The notes under the pieces were generated by a model that saw only the letters and a program-made list of their open reading frames with translations, had not been told where the DNA came from and did no database searches. Below, piece by piece: positions 1 to 14,158 of a DNA stretch of 64,000 bases (position 1 is its first letter; every line of letters starts with the position of its first letter). Source of the stretch: Dimorphilus gyrociliatus. Lineage: Eukaryota > Animalia > Annelida. The stretch lies in contig CAJFCJ010000009.1 of assembly GCA_904063045.1 (NCBI GenBank), positions 2,356,968 through 2,420,967 of the forward strand, written 5' to 3'. Made by a program: the position numbers and the translations under genes.

Positions 1-239
1 GAATTATTTATATTATAAAAGAGGAATTGTATAATCTATCCAACATGTATAAAATATTTTAAATATTCACTGCTGTTGCATGATATAGCAACATAAATAT
101 GATGTGGTATACTTAAAAGCAACTGCGTGATATTCCCTTTACAAAATCATCTTTCTTTATCTGCAATATGCTAAATTTAAGCTATTTCGAAGTAATATAT
201 GCTAGATTTTTTTACTATTTGTGATTTCTTTCCCCTTAG

Positions 240-309
240 AATGCCTATCAACTATGCCTCTTCCCGCATCTGGTCCTGTAACTAGTCTTGCCTTATTTCC
301 TGATGCAAG
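240..309 (+). CDS. Probable internal exon of a gene entering from the left edge (WD40-like fragment)
   Basis: Flanked by ccccttAG and AG/GTAAC. One frame is open (ECLSTMPLPASGPVTSLALFPDA), resembling the WD40 'V-x-S-L-A-F-x-P-D' strand. A possible last exon ends at TGA 537-539. Identity unresolved. Confidence 0.35.
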
Positions 310-742
310 GTAACAATTTTATCTCGTTTTTTTTAATTCCTTTTCGTTCTTTACGAATTATTTATCGACAAATAATTTAATTGCGGCGATAATGTGTAAC
401 TGAAACGTTAAGACAACGTCAGTATAATCACTACTATTTCCTCCTAAACCCAATGGTAATAACTATCTTTAGTCGTCTAGAAGACCTATTACTAGACATA
501 CGAAGACAGTTGATGGGAATTTTATTCATCTATTCATGATGTTATTGGTCGTTTTTTTTTTATATATATTTTTATATTGCAGTTTATTCAGTGTATATTA
601 ATTCTATTTTGTTATTTTGAAGTTTGTGCGCCTCTACTTTCCACTGTGGAGTTCAAGTTTTAAAACTGCAGAAGAATGCAACACTCACAAGATTTGCACA
701 GTATTAAATATGAAAAATTGCTAATTTATTTATTTATTTACT

Positions 743-770
743 TGTTTGTTTGTTTGTTTGTTTGTTTGTT
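743..770. repeat. (TTTG)n microsatellite
   Basis: Direct tetranucleotide run; it explains the low-complexity 676..867 ORF. Confidence 0.9.
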
Positions 771-1836
771 TTCTCTTATTTTTTTGGGATGGTCTTTTTT
801 TTTATTATATTTTATTCATTTATTTATTGGAAAAGAAAACATAGAGATAATAATTGAAAATATATAGACTATCTATAATTTAAATTAAAGTACAAAAAGA
901 TATTAAACATTTTAGTATGTCAAATTTGCCGCTGAACAGTTTTTTCTTAATACTTTGGTTGACTAATACAATTGCTTACTTTTAAACATTCTAACCTTTA
1001 GAATTACTAATACGACAAAAACAATAAAAATCAGTCTTTTAACAATTTCAAAAGAATTTCCTATCTTATATACTTTTACTAAATTGTAATGATACTGATC
1101 TATTTTCATTTAAGTTTACATGCTCTTCAAAGTACCTTCTTCTACAATTTCCATTTGCTAATCAAAATTTTATAAATAGAAAATCTCTTTATCCTACTTT
1201 TACTTTCTTCTGTGGAAGAAAATTAAATGGTTGCAGTACTTCTTACTTTATAATTTCTTTAATAATCATTGAATTATATATATGGCTTAATTCTTCCATG
1301 ACCTTTTATCTACTATATACACTGTATACACAAGCATGTACATATTTTGTAATAGAACTATCAGAGTTCTCATTTGGCTAGTAATATTGTATTGTTTTAT
1401 AGATATTCATTTATAGCTTTTTCTACATATTCAATTAATTTAATATATTAGAAAATCAAAATTATTTTTTGAAAACAAGGCCAATGTTTTGCTTATAAGC
1501 TCTTTCTAGTTAATTTATCTGAGATACTGTGGGCGGGGCAAAATCAAACCAACTGCCACCTTCATTCATAAAATGGTATCGTCTGCTAGAAATTTTGTTT
1601 TCGTAAATTATCACTATGCTTAATAAAACAACGTAATATTAGTCTTGTGTGTCAATCAACATATCGAATATTTAATTTGAGATATAAAGGTTGTTTTCTT
1701 TTCCGAAATTTGAATATTCAAATCACTAGAATTGGGTATAGGAATTAGTTACGAAAACAAGGCTCTATTGCGGACGATATTGACTAATTTCTATGATTGA
1801 TAGTTGAAAATCACTTGTTCTTTTCTTTTGAGCAGT

Positions 1837-4800
1837 ATGAACAACAGAAGGTGAGTAGATATAATATTTTATTCAGCAAAAGATAACTGGTATATGTTAG
1901 CACTCTTAAATTTCTTTAGGCAATTGTTAAAAGCATCTTATCTTCTTTGACTTTTTCTGATGTATAATATGTCAGATCTATCTGTTTCATATACATCTAA
2001 ATGAAAAGATATCAATAATTTATTATCGTTGTACTCATTTGATAGATGAATATATGTATTGTGAGAATTTAGTAATGATCATATTTAGGCAATGACATAG
2101 TAAGAAGGAAAAGTGATTTTTATCTAATTATTATGTAAGAATCAAGTATTAAATAAATCTCCTTTGGAACTTTCGTTTGCTTTCAATTAGCGACCTATCT
2201 TTAATGGATCTATTTTTATCTGAATTTCAATTCTTTGCCTGTAGTCAAATATATAAACTAGACTATAAAATATCTTAAACCGCAGAGAGAATATAGAGTT
2301 TCTAGTTTTACTCTTTTCTTAAACAATTTCTTCTTTAGATGGTTCCACCCTAACATTACTGGAAGAGAGGCGGAACATTTACTGTTAACAAAAGGAGTAG
2401 ATGGATCTTTCCTGTGTCGACCAAGTGAAAGTATTGCCGGTGATTTTTCCCTGTCTGTACGGTAAGCCTATAAATAGTAGATCCTCTGTTAAAGATATTA
2501 AATCTACGTCATTTTTTTTTAAAGGCGAGGAGACAAAGTAACGCATATTAAAATTCATAATTCTGGAGAATGTTACGATCTCTACGGAGGAGAAAAATTC
2601 GCTTCTCTAACAGAATTAATTCAACATTATTTGGAAAAAAGCGAAACTCTTAGAGAAAAAACAGGCGAAATTATTGAACTTAAAAGTCCTTTACATTGTA
2701 TAGATCCAACAACAGAACGGTAAATATATTTATATATATATACTCATTCGCCTTCACTCTACAAAAAAAACAAAGCAAACAAATTAACAATTAATATTAG
2801 GCGATAACAACGTAAAAGTAATTTTTTTCATCTCTCTGAAGGCAACTTTATTATAGAAAGACAATAAGCCGATTATAGGTATTTTGTTTGTCAATAAAAA
2901 AACATATTATATTCTGTTTTATTTAATTAATATTAAAAAAAATCTCTTATCTTTATCTCTAAATAATATATTTTATATGAAAAGTTATTTTTGAGTTATG
3001 CATTTTTACGAGCTTCTCTTTCTCTTTTATTGTCTTAAATCTAATTAAAAATTTGTGTTTTTAGCTGGTTTCACGAGTCATTGACCGGCAAAGACGCTGA
3101 AAGTTTACTATTAGAAAAGAATGCCTCTGTCGGTAGTTTTCTTGTCCGAGAAAGTCAAACATCTGGTGATTTTGTCTTATCAGTTAGAGTTGAGGATAGA
3201 GAAGTAATTCACATCAAAATTCGAATATCAGTAAGAATAAATTTATTAAATCAAAACGAATGCTTTTAACAAGTAATTCATTGAATAGAAAGAAGCAAAA
3301 TTTGATATAGGTGGTGGAGAAATGTTTAATTCTCTATGCGAATTAGTCGAATATTATCGTTTGTCTCCCATGGTTGAAACTGGGGGGAAAGTCATATTCC
3401 TAAAAACGGTTAGATATACATTTGAAATTTTATCCTTTTGAAGTCTTTATAATCAGTACTATGATAAATATTTATAGCCTTACAATACTACAAGAATAAG
3501 TCGTTCTCTACTTAGCGAACGCATTAAAGAGTTGAATCAAGCTGGGAATCAGGAAGATAAAAATGGTAAAAAGGGATTCTTAGAAGAATTTGAGGTTTAT
3601 ATTTAATATATATATTTGTATATATGGTGTATAATATCTATATTTTACACTTACAGCAATTAGGTCAACAAGAATTTAAGGAAATATCTCGTGAAGACGG
3701 CAAAAAATCTTGTAACAAATCAAAAAATAGATATAAAAACATTCTACCATATAATAGAACAAGTGTAATCTTAACTGATGGAACTGGAGAAGATGGAGAC
3801 GACTATATAAATGCCAATTATATCAGGGTAATCTTTCAATTGATATAATATTAAAATAAACAAGTATTTAAGTTGACAAGATAGTGAATTTGATATTTTT
3901 CTAAAAGGCTTCTGCTTGTTTGGCAACTGCTGGAGATATATGGCTTCCTAACGATAGTAGTAACGACCCCGATAGGTTATCAACAACCTATGCGGAGGAG
4001 GAACCTGCCTATATAGCCACCCAGGGTTGTTTAACAAATACGATTACAGATTTTTGGAGAATGGTTTGGAATGAAAATTCACGAGTTATTATAATGACAA
4101 CCAAAGATTCAGAAAGAGGAAAGGTAAGTTGTTTGTTTTATTGCCAAATTTAACTTTTCAATTGATATTTACATTTCTTGAAATATATTTCTAATTCTAG
4201 AAAAAATGTGCTATATATTGGCCAAAAAACGTCAATGAGAAAATGGAAAGGGAAGCTAAAAGTGGCAATATAATAATAGAACTCATACAAGTTGAGGAAA
4301 ATGACTTTTATATTACTCGACTTATGAGAATAACTAAATGTGGATTTGTAAGTATTCTACGAAAAAAATAAATATAATTAAAAATAGGTAAATTGATATA
4401 TTTTATAATTTTTATATGTTTTTCTGCTCTAACAGACTGAAGCTCGTTTCATTCATCAATTTCAATTTAAAGCTTGGCCGGATCACGGGACACCGCAAGA
4501 TCCCGGTCGTGTTTTAGATTTGTTGACTAAAGTTGACGAGGCTAAGGCAAGATATCCTCGTACCGGTCCCATTATTGTTCATTGTAGTGCGGGCATTGGT
4601 CGAACGGGAACGTTTATAGCTATTCATATCCTAATCAAGCAAATAGAGGATGGAGCGGAAGCTATAGACATACAAAAAACTATTCTGGCCTTGCGAGCTC
4701 AAAGGTCTGGCATGGTTCAGACGGAAGCCCAATATAAATTCGTCTACAAGGCTTTGGAACATCATATAGACGTAATTTCAGTCAAAGATCAAGCTCATAA

Positions 4801-4960
4801 GGCCGCAAAAGAAGCCGGCCGAGAATACCATAACGTTCAATATAAAGCAAATGAGGCTGGTTTGTCTAGATTAGATGACAGAAGATTTAAATCAACGCTT
4901 ACCCCACCTCCTTCCGTTCCTCGACGAATTCCTCCCATTCCTCCTCAAACCGTTGACTGA
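1837..4960 (+). CDS. PTPN11: Tyrosine-protein phosphatase non-receptor type 11 (SHP2/corkscrew), multi-exon
   Basis: Exon 1 1837-1850 (MNNRR, the same 14-nt first exon as vertebrates), exon 2 2339-2461 (WFHPNITG...), exon 3 2525-2719, then C-SH2 exons from 3065. The PTP domain has [32 protein letters not shown] and [12 protein letters not shown]. Stop at 4958-4960. Confidence 0.97.
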
Positions 4961-7643
4961 TTTGTTTTCCCAACAACTTTCTTTTAGTATTTCCCCTTTT
5001 GTGTCACACACTAATAAGACAGGCTTTAGAATTTATTAACTTTGATAATTTTTAATTTTTAGATAATTTAAAATTTACAATAATCCTTTATTTTTTCATT
5101 TATTATATAATTAATTCATTTTCCAATTTTAATTAAACAGTATATACAGTATATATATATATATATATACAGTATATATTCTTTTTTTTAAAAAGAAAAC
5201 GAAGCATTGACAAATGTATAGAGCAATTACGTGCTTCGGTATCTTACCCCTAAGCAATACCAGCGATTATAATCCTTACAATTGCTTAGACTCTTACCCC
5301 TCGTTCGTTGCTTACTATTACATACCTTATTAAGAGTCGATTTTTATTATGTAAGAAACTCCTTGTATTTAAGCAGTGCTTTCTTAAATGTTTTGTGTAA
5401 TTCATATTTTAGTAGAGAAGGGGCGGGAGGGAAGGTTTTTCTTTTTTTTCCAAAAATTTTATCATATTTTTACAGATCACAGAGAGAGAAAAAAAAAACA
5501 AGTACTTTTTTAACAAATTTATCATGTTTACTGTAAAAATGAAATACTACTTGACTTTCATAAGTTTAAGATTTTCTTTTATTTTTTTTTTTTGGCCTTT
5601 TAAATTGATTTTTCGTTTTGAAGAAGAAAAAAAAAACAGTTCTATTATTATTTTGATTTTGATTTTAGATTAAAGAAACTTAAAGAGAAATAAAAACAGA
5701 TTTTGATATTAATAGAACAAGCTAACTAATTTCCTGTAAACAATTGGCTAGTAAAATTTATTTTTATTTAAAAGCAAAGTCTCCTCTCTTCATACTATTC
5801 AAAAGAAGTGTTAGTATCGTTTTTCTTCTTTCTCTATATATATAACTGTCTCTCTCGTTATATACCTTTCTTCTTTCACCTTCCCCTTCATCTGCCGCCC
5901 ACCCCTCGCCCACCTCCTCTCTTTCCTTATATATATATATATAAATTTATATATATATATATCCATCTCTCTGTAATAATCTCTATCTCAATAACAATAT
6001 AAAATAATATTAATAAAAATGTTTGCAATCGGATTCTAAGGATGTTTCAAAGATGATTATACTTCTTCTTTGTTATTTAATAAAGAAGATTAGTTAATTA
6101 TTCTCCGTAATCTTCTTACTTGAAGAAAATTGAGAGGAGAGAGTTGGAAGTGACAAATCACTACATCATTAATCTAATAGCTGCAATATTGTTTAAAAGT
6201 TCACATTTAGACTTAAAGGATTTTATTTTTTGAAAATGATTTAGGAGAAAGAAAGATTTTTCTACAATATATAATCAATCCTTCTGATATAATAAATACT
6301 CTTCTCCTCGTCGTTTCTTTTCCATATTATTACTATATTACTATTTTTATTACTAAAAAGGAAAACCATAAAGAAAACGTTGTCGGAAAAGATTTTTTTG
6401 AAAAATAAGAAAAAATCATTTCTGACAAATTGCTGAATTTTTTTTCTCTCACCTCGTCATATTTAATCATTTGTTATATAAATAGAATTTGCACTCTGAT
6501 TATTTTCTTATTGAGGAATTCACTAAGAATGATGAAAAGCTAATATACAGTATGTATACAGTATGTACATATATATTACCTTTAAATAATAAAGATATAA
6601 ATATTCATATTGTAGGCTGTAAAAGTAAACAAATTTGATGTTACAATAGATCAACGATTTTTGTTTGATCTCTATAAAAATTAACGTAAAATTTAATAAA
6701 AATATACATTATTTGTCGTTTTAGGTGTAGGTTGGTCACATGGTTCATTATATATCATTGTAGAAATATTTATACACTATATTTCATCCATATTGGACAA
6801 AATTTAGTATACTCAGAAAAAGATTGTATTGAATTAAGTGGGGTTAAGTGAATCGTTTCCAACGCCAAAGTAGGGTATTGTTTACTTCTGTTTACTTTAG
6901 AATCTCTCTCAGAATCTTACCTATTACATTCGGAATAAAAAGGTTAACGAATGATTCGCCCAAAAAAAGCGACCAAATTTTCGATAATACGACCTACTTT
7001 ACAGACATTTTGGCCTTTATACGAGGAGATTTTCGTTGAGAAAGAGTCAACCCTAGGGCAATTCTCATTTTCACTGCTTTTAGAATCTTGGATGATTTTA
7101 ATTTAAGAAAAAAGTCATAACTTTTGAAACGACACAAGAGACTTATAATAATATTACAGCGAGAGTTCCAATTGTAATTGAATTAGCAACTTTTACGTCT
7201 TGTAATAAAAAAAATACAATTGCATAATATCTTTACATAGAAACTACAATAAGTTGTATAGAACTTTTCCTTTAAAAAAAACAGTCAACAGTAGTAAACA
7301 ACATAGGAACGATATTCATAAAAAGATACTTCTCTATATCCCAATATTTTTGACGATTGACGCGTCTAAAGATGGCATATTTGCATTATTAAAAATAGAT
7401 GGTACTATTTTTTTAATGACTTATTAGTATCAACACGAATAATCAAGTATATTGGACATTAAAAGTACCAGACATAAAAAGGCGATATAAAGAAAAATCA
7501 TATTTCATTACAGTAGGAAACGCTTCCAAAGAAATAAATTTACTTGTCATGCATAGTCACACTTCTCTAGAAAGTTATAAAAACTATTCGTATGTATAGC
7601 ATACAAATAACATATGAATGATATTCAAATCAGATTACATTTT

Positions 7644-8495
7644 TCAATAAGCCATGGACTCATTATTATCTCCCGATGCGTTTCTTTCCATTAGGATATT
7701 TTCATCCATCTTGATATCTATTGGAAATCTTTCCAAAGTATTCTTTTTACTAGATTTTATATTTTTTGCAGTGATCCAGCGGTCATAGTTTTTTGCAGAT
7801 AGGCGAAGCTTCTCAGAAGCTTCAAAATGAGAATTGATGAAAGCAGAATCACAAGGCAAGATACCTCTTGCGTTCATTATAGATGGATTAGCATTGTGTT
7901 CCAATAACCAATCTATAACCTGCATGTTTCCAACAGCAGCAGCTCGATGTAGAGCCGTATAGCCAAAAGCATTGCATGAATTTATATGGCAGCCAGCCTC
8001 CAATAGTTCATTTAGAACAGATAAATCAAGCACGGAGGACGTAAGAATTCCATGAGTAGCTAGATAAAACGGAGGATCTCCACTGTTCGTCGTCGACCAG
8101 ATGTCTCCTTCTAACAAAAAATAATTAAAAGTTCACTAACTTAACTGTTTTAGTAAGCTATTAACACTCTGTAGTGATATTAGATTCAACCAAATTACTT
8201 TTGTGTAAAGTATATCGAATCAACTCCTTGTTTCCGCTGAGACATGCCGCCAGGAATATTGATAAACCTTCTCTTTCAGTGCACTTTTCGTTCACATCAA
8301 TTTCCTTTGATTCAATCATGTTTTCAATTGCTTTAGAGCAAGAGCTATCTGCTTTCTATAAAAATTCCTCTGATTAAGTCTAATTTCCTAATATATAATT
8401 AAAAAAGTAAAAAAAACCTTAATCATATCAATAAGTATTCCGCGCGCATTCTCTAACTTACGGCATCTAAATTTTCTTCCCAGATTACGAATCAT
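7644..8495 (-). CDS. Ankyrin-repeat protein, about 235 aa, 3 exons
   Basis: Exons 8495-8418 (MIRNLGRK...), 8355-8199 and ~8110-7644 join in frame. Ankyrin motifs include GLSIFLAACLSGN, GDPPFYLA and GYTALHRAAAVGNMQVIDWLLEHNANPS. Confidence 0.85.
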
Positions 8496-8610
8496 CAAAA
8501 ACGACACTGTTTTTTCATAAAATAGAAATTCTACATTACATCAACGATTACTTTTATACTAGAGAAAATATTAATAGAAAGCATGGAGCTTCAATGTCTT
8601 TAATCTCCGC

Positions 8611-9066
8611 CTAAATAGAAGGATACACTTTCATATGAAACTTCTCTTAAAACAATCAGTATAATTTATCATAAATAGCATTCGTAGCGCTTAACTTCAA
8701 TCAAATACAAACCATTGTAAAAGCAATATATTAAAAAAACTGATGCGCTAGCTACAGTAATCTCTCGAATAGATATTTCCTCTTTTTTTATTCCAAATGT
8801 TTCAATAATAGAAGAAGGCACTTGTAGCGACATCTTTGATGTTCTCTCAATATAATTTATATATTTTCCTTAAAAAAAAAAGGATTATTCGTGTTTTCAG
8901 AAAAATTAAATTAATCAAGCAAATATATAATAGTTGAATAAAGGTTACCTGTATTTATATTTTTGGAGACGGGCATGATATAATCGATTACTTGACTTAT
9001 AGCCCCTTGAAAGGCATTTACATTTGTTTTTATGACTCGTACTAATGTTTTCAAAATATCTGACAT
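8611..9066 (-). CDS. Unannotated 102-aa protein with one hydrophobic segment, 3 exons
   Basis: Exons 9066-8949, 8868-8713 and 8645-8611; GT-AG introns of 80 and 67 nt; phases match (309 nt total). Protein MSDILKTLVRV...ITVASASVFLIYCFYNEKFHMKVYPSI*. Confidence 0.7.
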
Positions 9067-9801
9067 CTTTAGATGTAAAAATATGAAATTTCTTAGGTTA
9101 GCTCAAAAACAATTCTTAACTTTATTAAATTTGCTAAAAAGTTCGACGTCTTTTAAAACTGAACTTCTTTTCTATTAGAAATTAGGAAACCTTGGTCTAA
9201 TTCTAGTTCTTTAAGAATTTCGAATGTTTAAAAATATGGCGGAAAGTGATAGCTCCTCACTTTTGTTTATAAAGTTGTAAAATATGTAAAAACGTTTATT
9301 TATTTTTTTTTGTAAAAAAAAAGGCTGTTATAAATTCTGTATAAACAAATTTAAAAAAAAATTGAATTTATTCAAGTTTTTATACAATAATTTAATGTAT
9401 ATAAATAAAAAGCGGGAAAGAACTTATAAATACTGTGTACTTTTATTGCATTTTTATAAAAATATTCAAAAACTAAATAAATATACAAAAGTTTATAAAT
9501 TTAATAAAAAATGTAAAAGTTAAAGACAAATATTAAGAAAGAAATAATTATAAATATATATATATATATAAGTAGATATCTAATATTAACTTATTATCAA
9601 AAAGCCTCGTTTTTTATGGACAGTCTAACTGGATTACTTTTCGATTAAGCCATTATTATAGTAGAAAATACTCCCTAAAAATCTGCAGCGAAACGGATGT
9701 AGCACTGGCTTCAAGTGAAATTAATAAACAGTGTCGAGATAAAGCAGCTGCATAAGCATTTCGTTATTCGACAGCTGACAATCAAATACTAAAGTTGTAA
9801 T

Positions 9802-11779
9802 ATGGATTTCCATAGGGTGTTATCGATACAAAGTCATGTCGTGTCTGGATACGTTGGCAATAAAAGTGCCTGCTTTCCACTTCAGGTTTGTTCGAGATTT
9901 TTCAACTGTTAAAAAAATTCTGTTTGTTGAATGATAAAGGGAAGAAAATGAAACTTGAAGTAAAATCTCTCTTTTCTAATTACTTCAAACTTAAAGATTT
10001 TATTTATAGGATATGTTATCGGAAAAATAAGTTAATATGTCTATAAAAAACCTATATTTATCTTACAATAGGTGAAACCTGTAGATAATTGATAAGTCCA
10101 ATCTACTTTTAGGATCAATTGTCTATCTATCACATTTTACCATTATTTTACTTATGTTTTCTTTCGTTTTGAAGGTTCTTGGATTTGAAGTGGACACTAT
10201 CAATTCAGTCCAGTTTTCCAATCATACGGGTAATATGCAATTAATATTTTATAAAATATTATTACTTATCTCTTTTCATTTTGATGTATTGATTTTAACG
10301 AAATTTCTAATATTTTGCATAATAAATTTCTAATTGTTTTGAATATATCAAATGTTCTTTTGTCTTTACAGGCTACAAAAATATAAAAGGTCAAGTTTTA
10401 AATTCTGATGAGTTGAACGATCTCTATCTTGGATTAGCATCTAATAATATTAACAATTATTCACATCTGTTAACTGGTTTGTAAACGGTTATATATAATA
10501 TTGATAAGACATATTAAATTGTTTTTCTCCATTTATTAGGATACGTGGGTTCGGTATCTTTTTTAAAAAAGATATCTGAATTAATAAAAGACTTAAAAAA
10601 GACTAATCCAGGGCTAATTTACGGTACAGAGATACATTTCTAATTTTATACATCTTTTCAATTTAATTTAACTTGGACAGTTTGTGATCCGGTACTTGGT
10701 GATCAAGGAAAGTTGGTCAGTACAATGTATATTATATAGTTTCTTAGGCATAATCGATGTTTTTTTTGTTCTCTAACAGTACGTTCCAAAAGAATTAGTT
10801 CCCATTTATCGAGAAGAAATAATTCCGGAAGCGGATGTCCTCACTCCGAATGACTTTGAAGTCGAGTTTGTATTAAAAAAATTTAAATTCCTATGAATGT
10901 TTTAAAATTTTTATACGCTTTTTTCTATTAAAGACTGTTAACCGGAATAAAAGTACGAAACGACGCAGATGCAATAAAAGCTTTAGATGAAATTTTAGGA
11001 CTTGGTGTGAAGATTGCTATAATTAGTAGTGCTGTTCCTGAGAATTCTGATGTGATGTACAGTTATGTAAGCAGAGTTATCGGTAAGCTTTAAAAAGTAA
11101 TATTATAGTGTAGTGGGAGAAAGTTGGCTTAAAAGGGAATCTAAATCAAAGTGTCATACTTGTAAAAAATTTTATATTTATATTTCTTCTATTATAAAAC
11201 ACTCTTTATAGTAGCAAATTGAGTTTCTTAATGCTTCTTCAAGAGCTTTTGGGACAGATAGAAAATCCGCGACATGTGATATATAATCAATTATAGACGA
11301 TATAAATAGAATAAAGAGCTAGACCTACTATAAATACTATATTCGATCTCCTTTAACAGATGGAAAGAAAGAAAGATACAAGGTCAAGATTCCCATTCTT
11401 GACGAACATTTTATTGGTACAGGCGATTTATTTGCTGCCCTTATGTTAGCTTGGCTTGTTAAGGATCCATTAAAAGTTATAAGCGATCTTCATATCTTAC
11501 GCTATTTCACATATATTTGTTTTCTTGTTGCAGTTAGCTTTAGAGAAAGCCATATCAACTATGCAAGCTGTGCTTAAAAGAACACTGAAACATGCAAGAG
11601 GTTGTATAAAAATGATAATTTTTCTTAAATTATATATAGTCTCTGTTTATTCTTTATCAGACTTATCAGGACCAGGAAATAAGCCTATTCCAGCTCAAAT
11701 AGAACTGCAGTTGATTCAGAGTAAAAGAGATATCGAAAATCCTGAAATTTGCGTTACTGCTGTTCCCTTAGTTGTTTAG
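9802..11779 (+). CDS. PDXK: Pyridoxal kinase, multi-exon
   Basis: Exon 1 [28 protein letters not shown], then [35 protein letters not shown], the FIGTGDLF anion-hole motif and the [15 protein letters not shown]-terminus. Confidence 0.96.
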
Positions 11780-12279
11780 TTTGTTAAATCTAAAAGTTTA
11801 GCGGACAATGTTTACCAGAAAAAGTTGTTACTTCTTAAAAACTTCAGAATTTTTTTTTTAGGAAATAAACATCGACAAGTTAATTATAACAGATTTATCT
11901 TTTCGTTTGTTTTTCCCTTTTCTTTTCGTTTAGGTTAATAAATAAGAAGGAATAATTACTAATACCTATAGGACACTGCTTTTGTTTTCCTTAAAGTATT
12001 AGCGATAATTGGGAAAGAACAACACTGATTGGTTATTTAAGTTATTCGCGAGAATCAATCATGAATATTCATTGTTAGCTTCAATACCATGTTATTTAGT
12101 GCCTAACGATGAAAACTTGTATAATAACAAATAGAAAATAACGTTTTGAACGAAGATAATCATATAATTTTTTAGTTTAAACGATATTTTCCTTTTAAAC
12201 CTTCTTTAATTTTGTTTATGTCATTTAAAAAATATTATTAAGAAAAGAAATATTTTATAAATTACTGAACGATAAAATA

Positions 12280-14092
<1,813 letters not shown>

Positions 14093-14158
14093 ACGGAAGG
14101 GAAATGGAGATTATTTTTATTTGTAATTTGTATTTATTCACCTAAATCAGCTTTTATA

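Noticed and set aside
676-867. 63-aa hydrophobic ORF
   Set aside because: Produced by the (TTTA)/(TTTG) microsatellite and T-rich sequence; no splice or homology support.
1566-1592. Minus-strand FLADDTIL, resembling a reverse-transcriptase FADD motif
   Set aside because: Immediately followed by a stop, with no flanking RT sequence; too short to call a retroelement remnant.
5282-7100. Short ORFs and scattered splice-like sites between PTPN11 and the ankyrin gene
   Set aside because: Low-complexity or UTR-like; I could not join any exons into a consistent frame.
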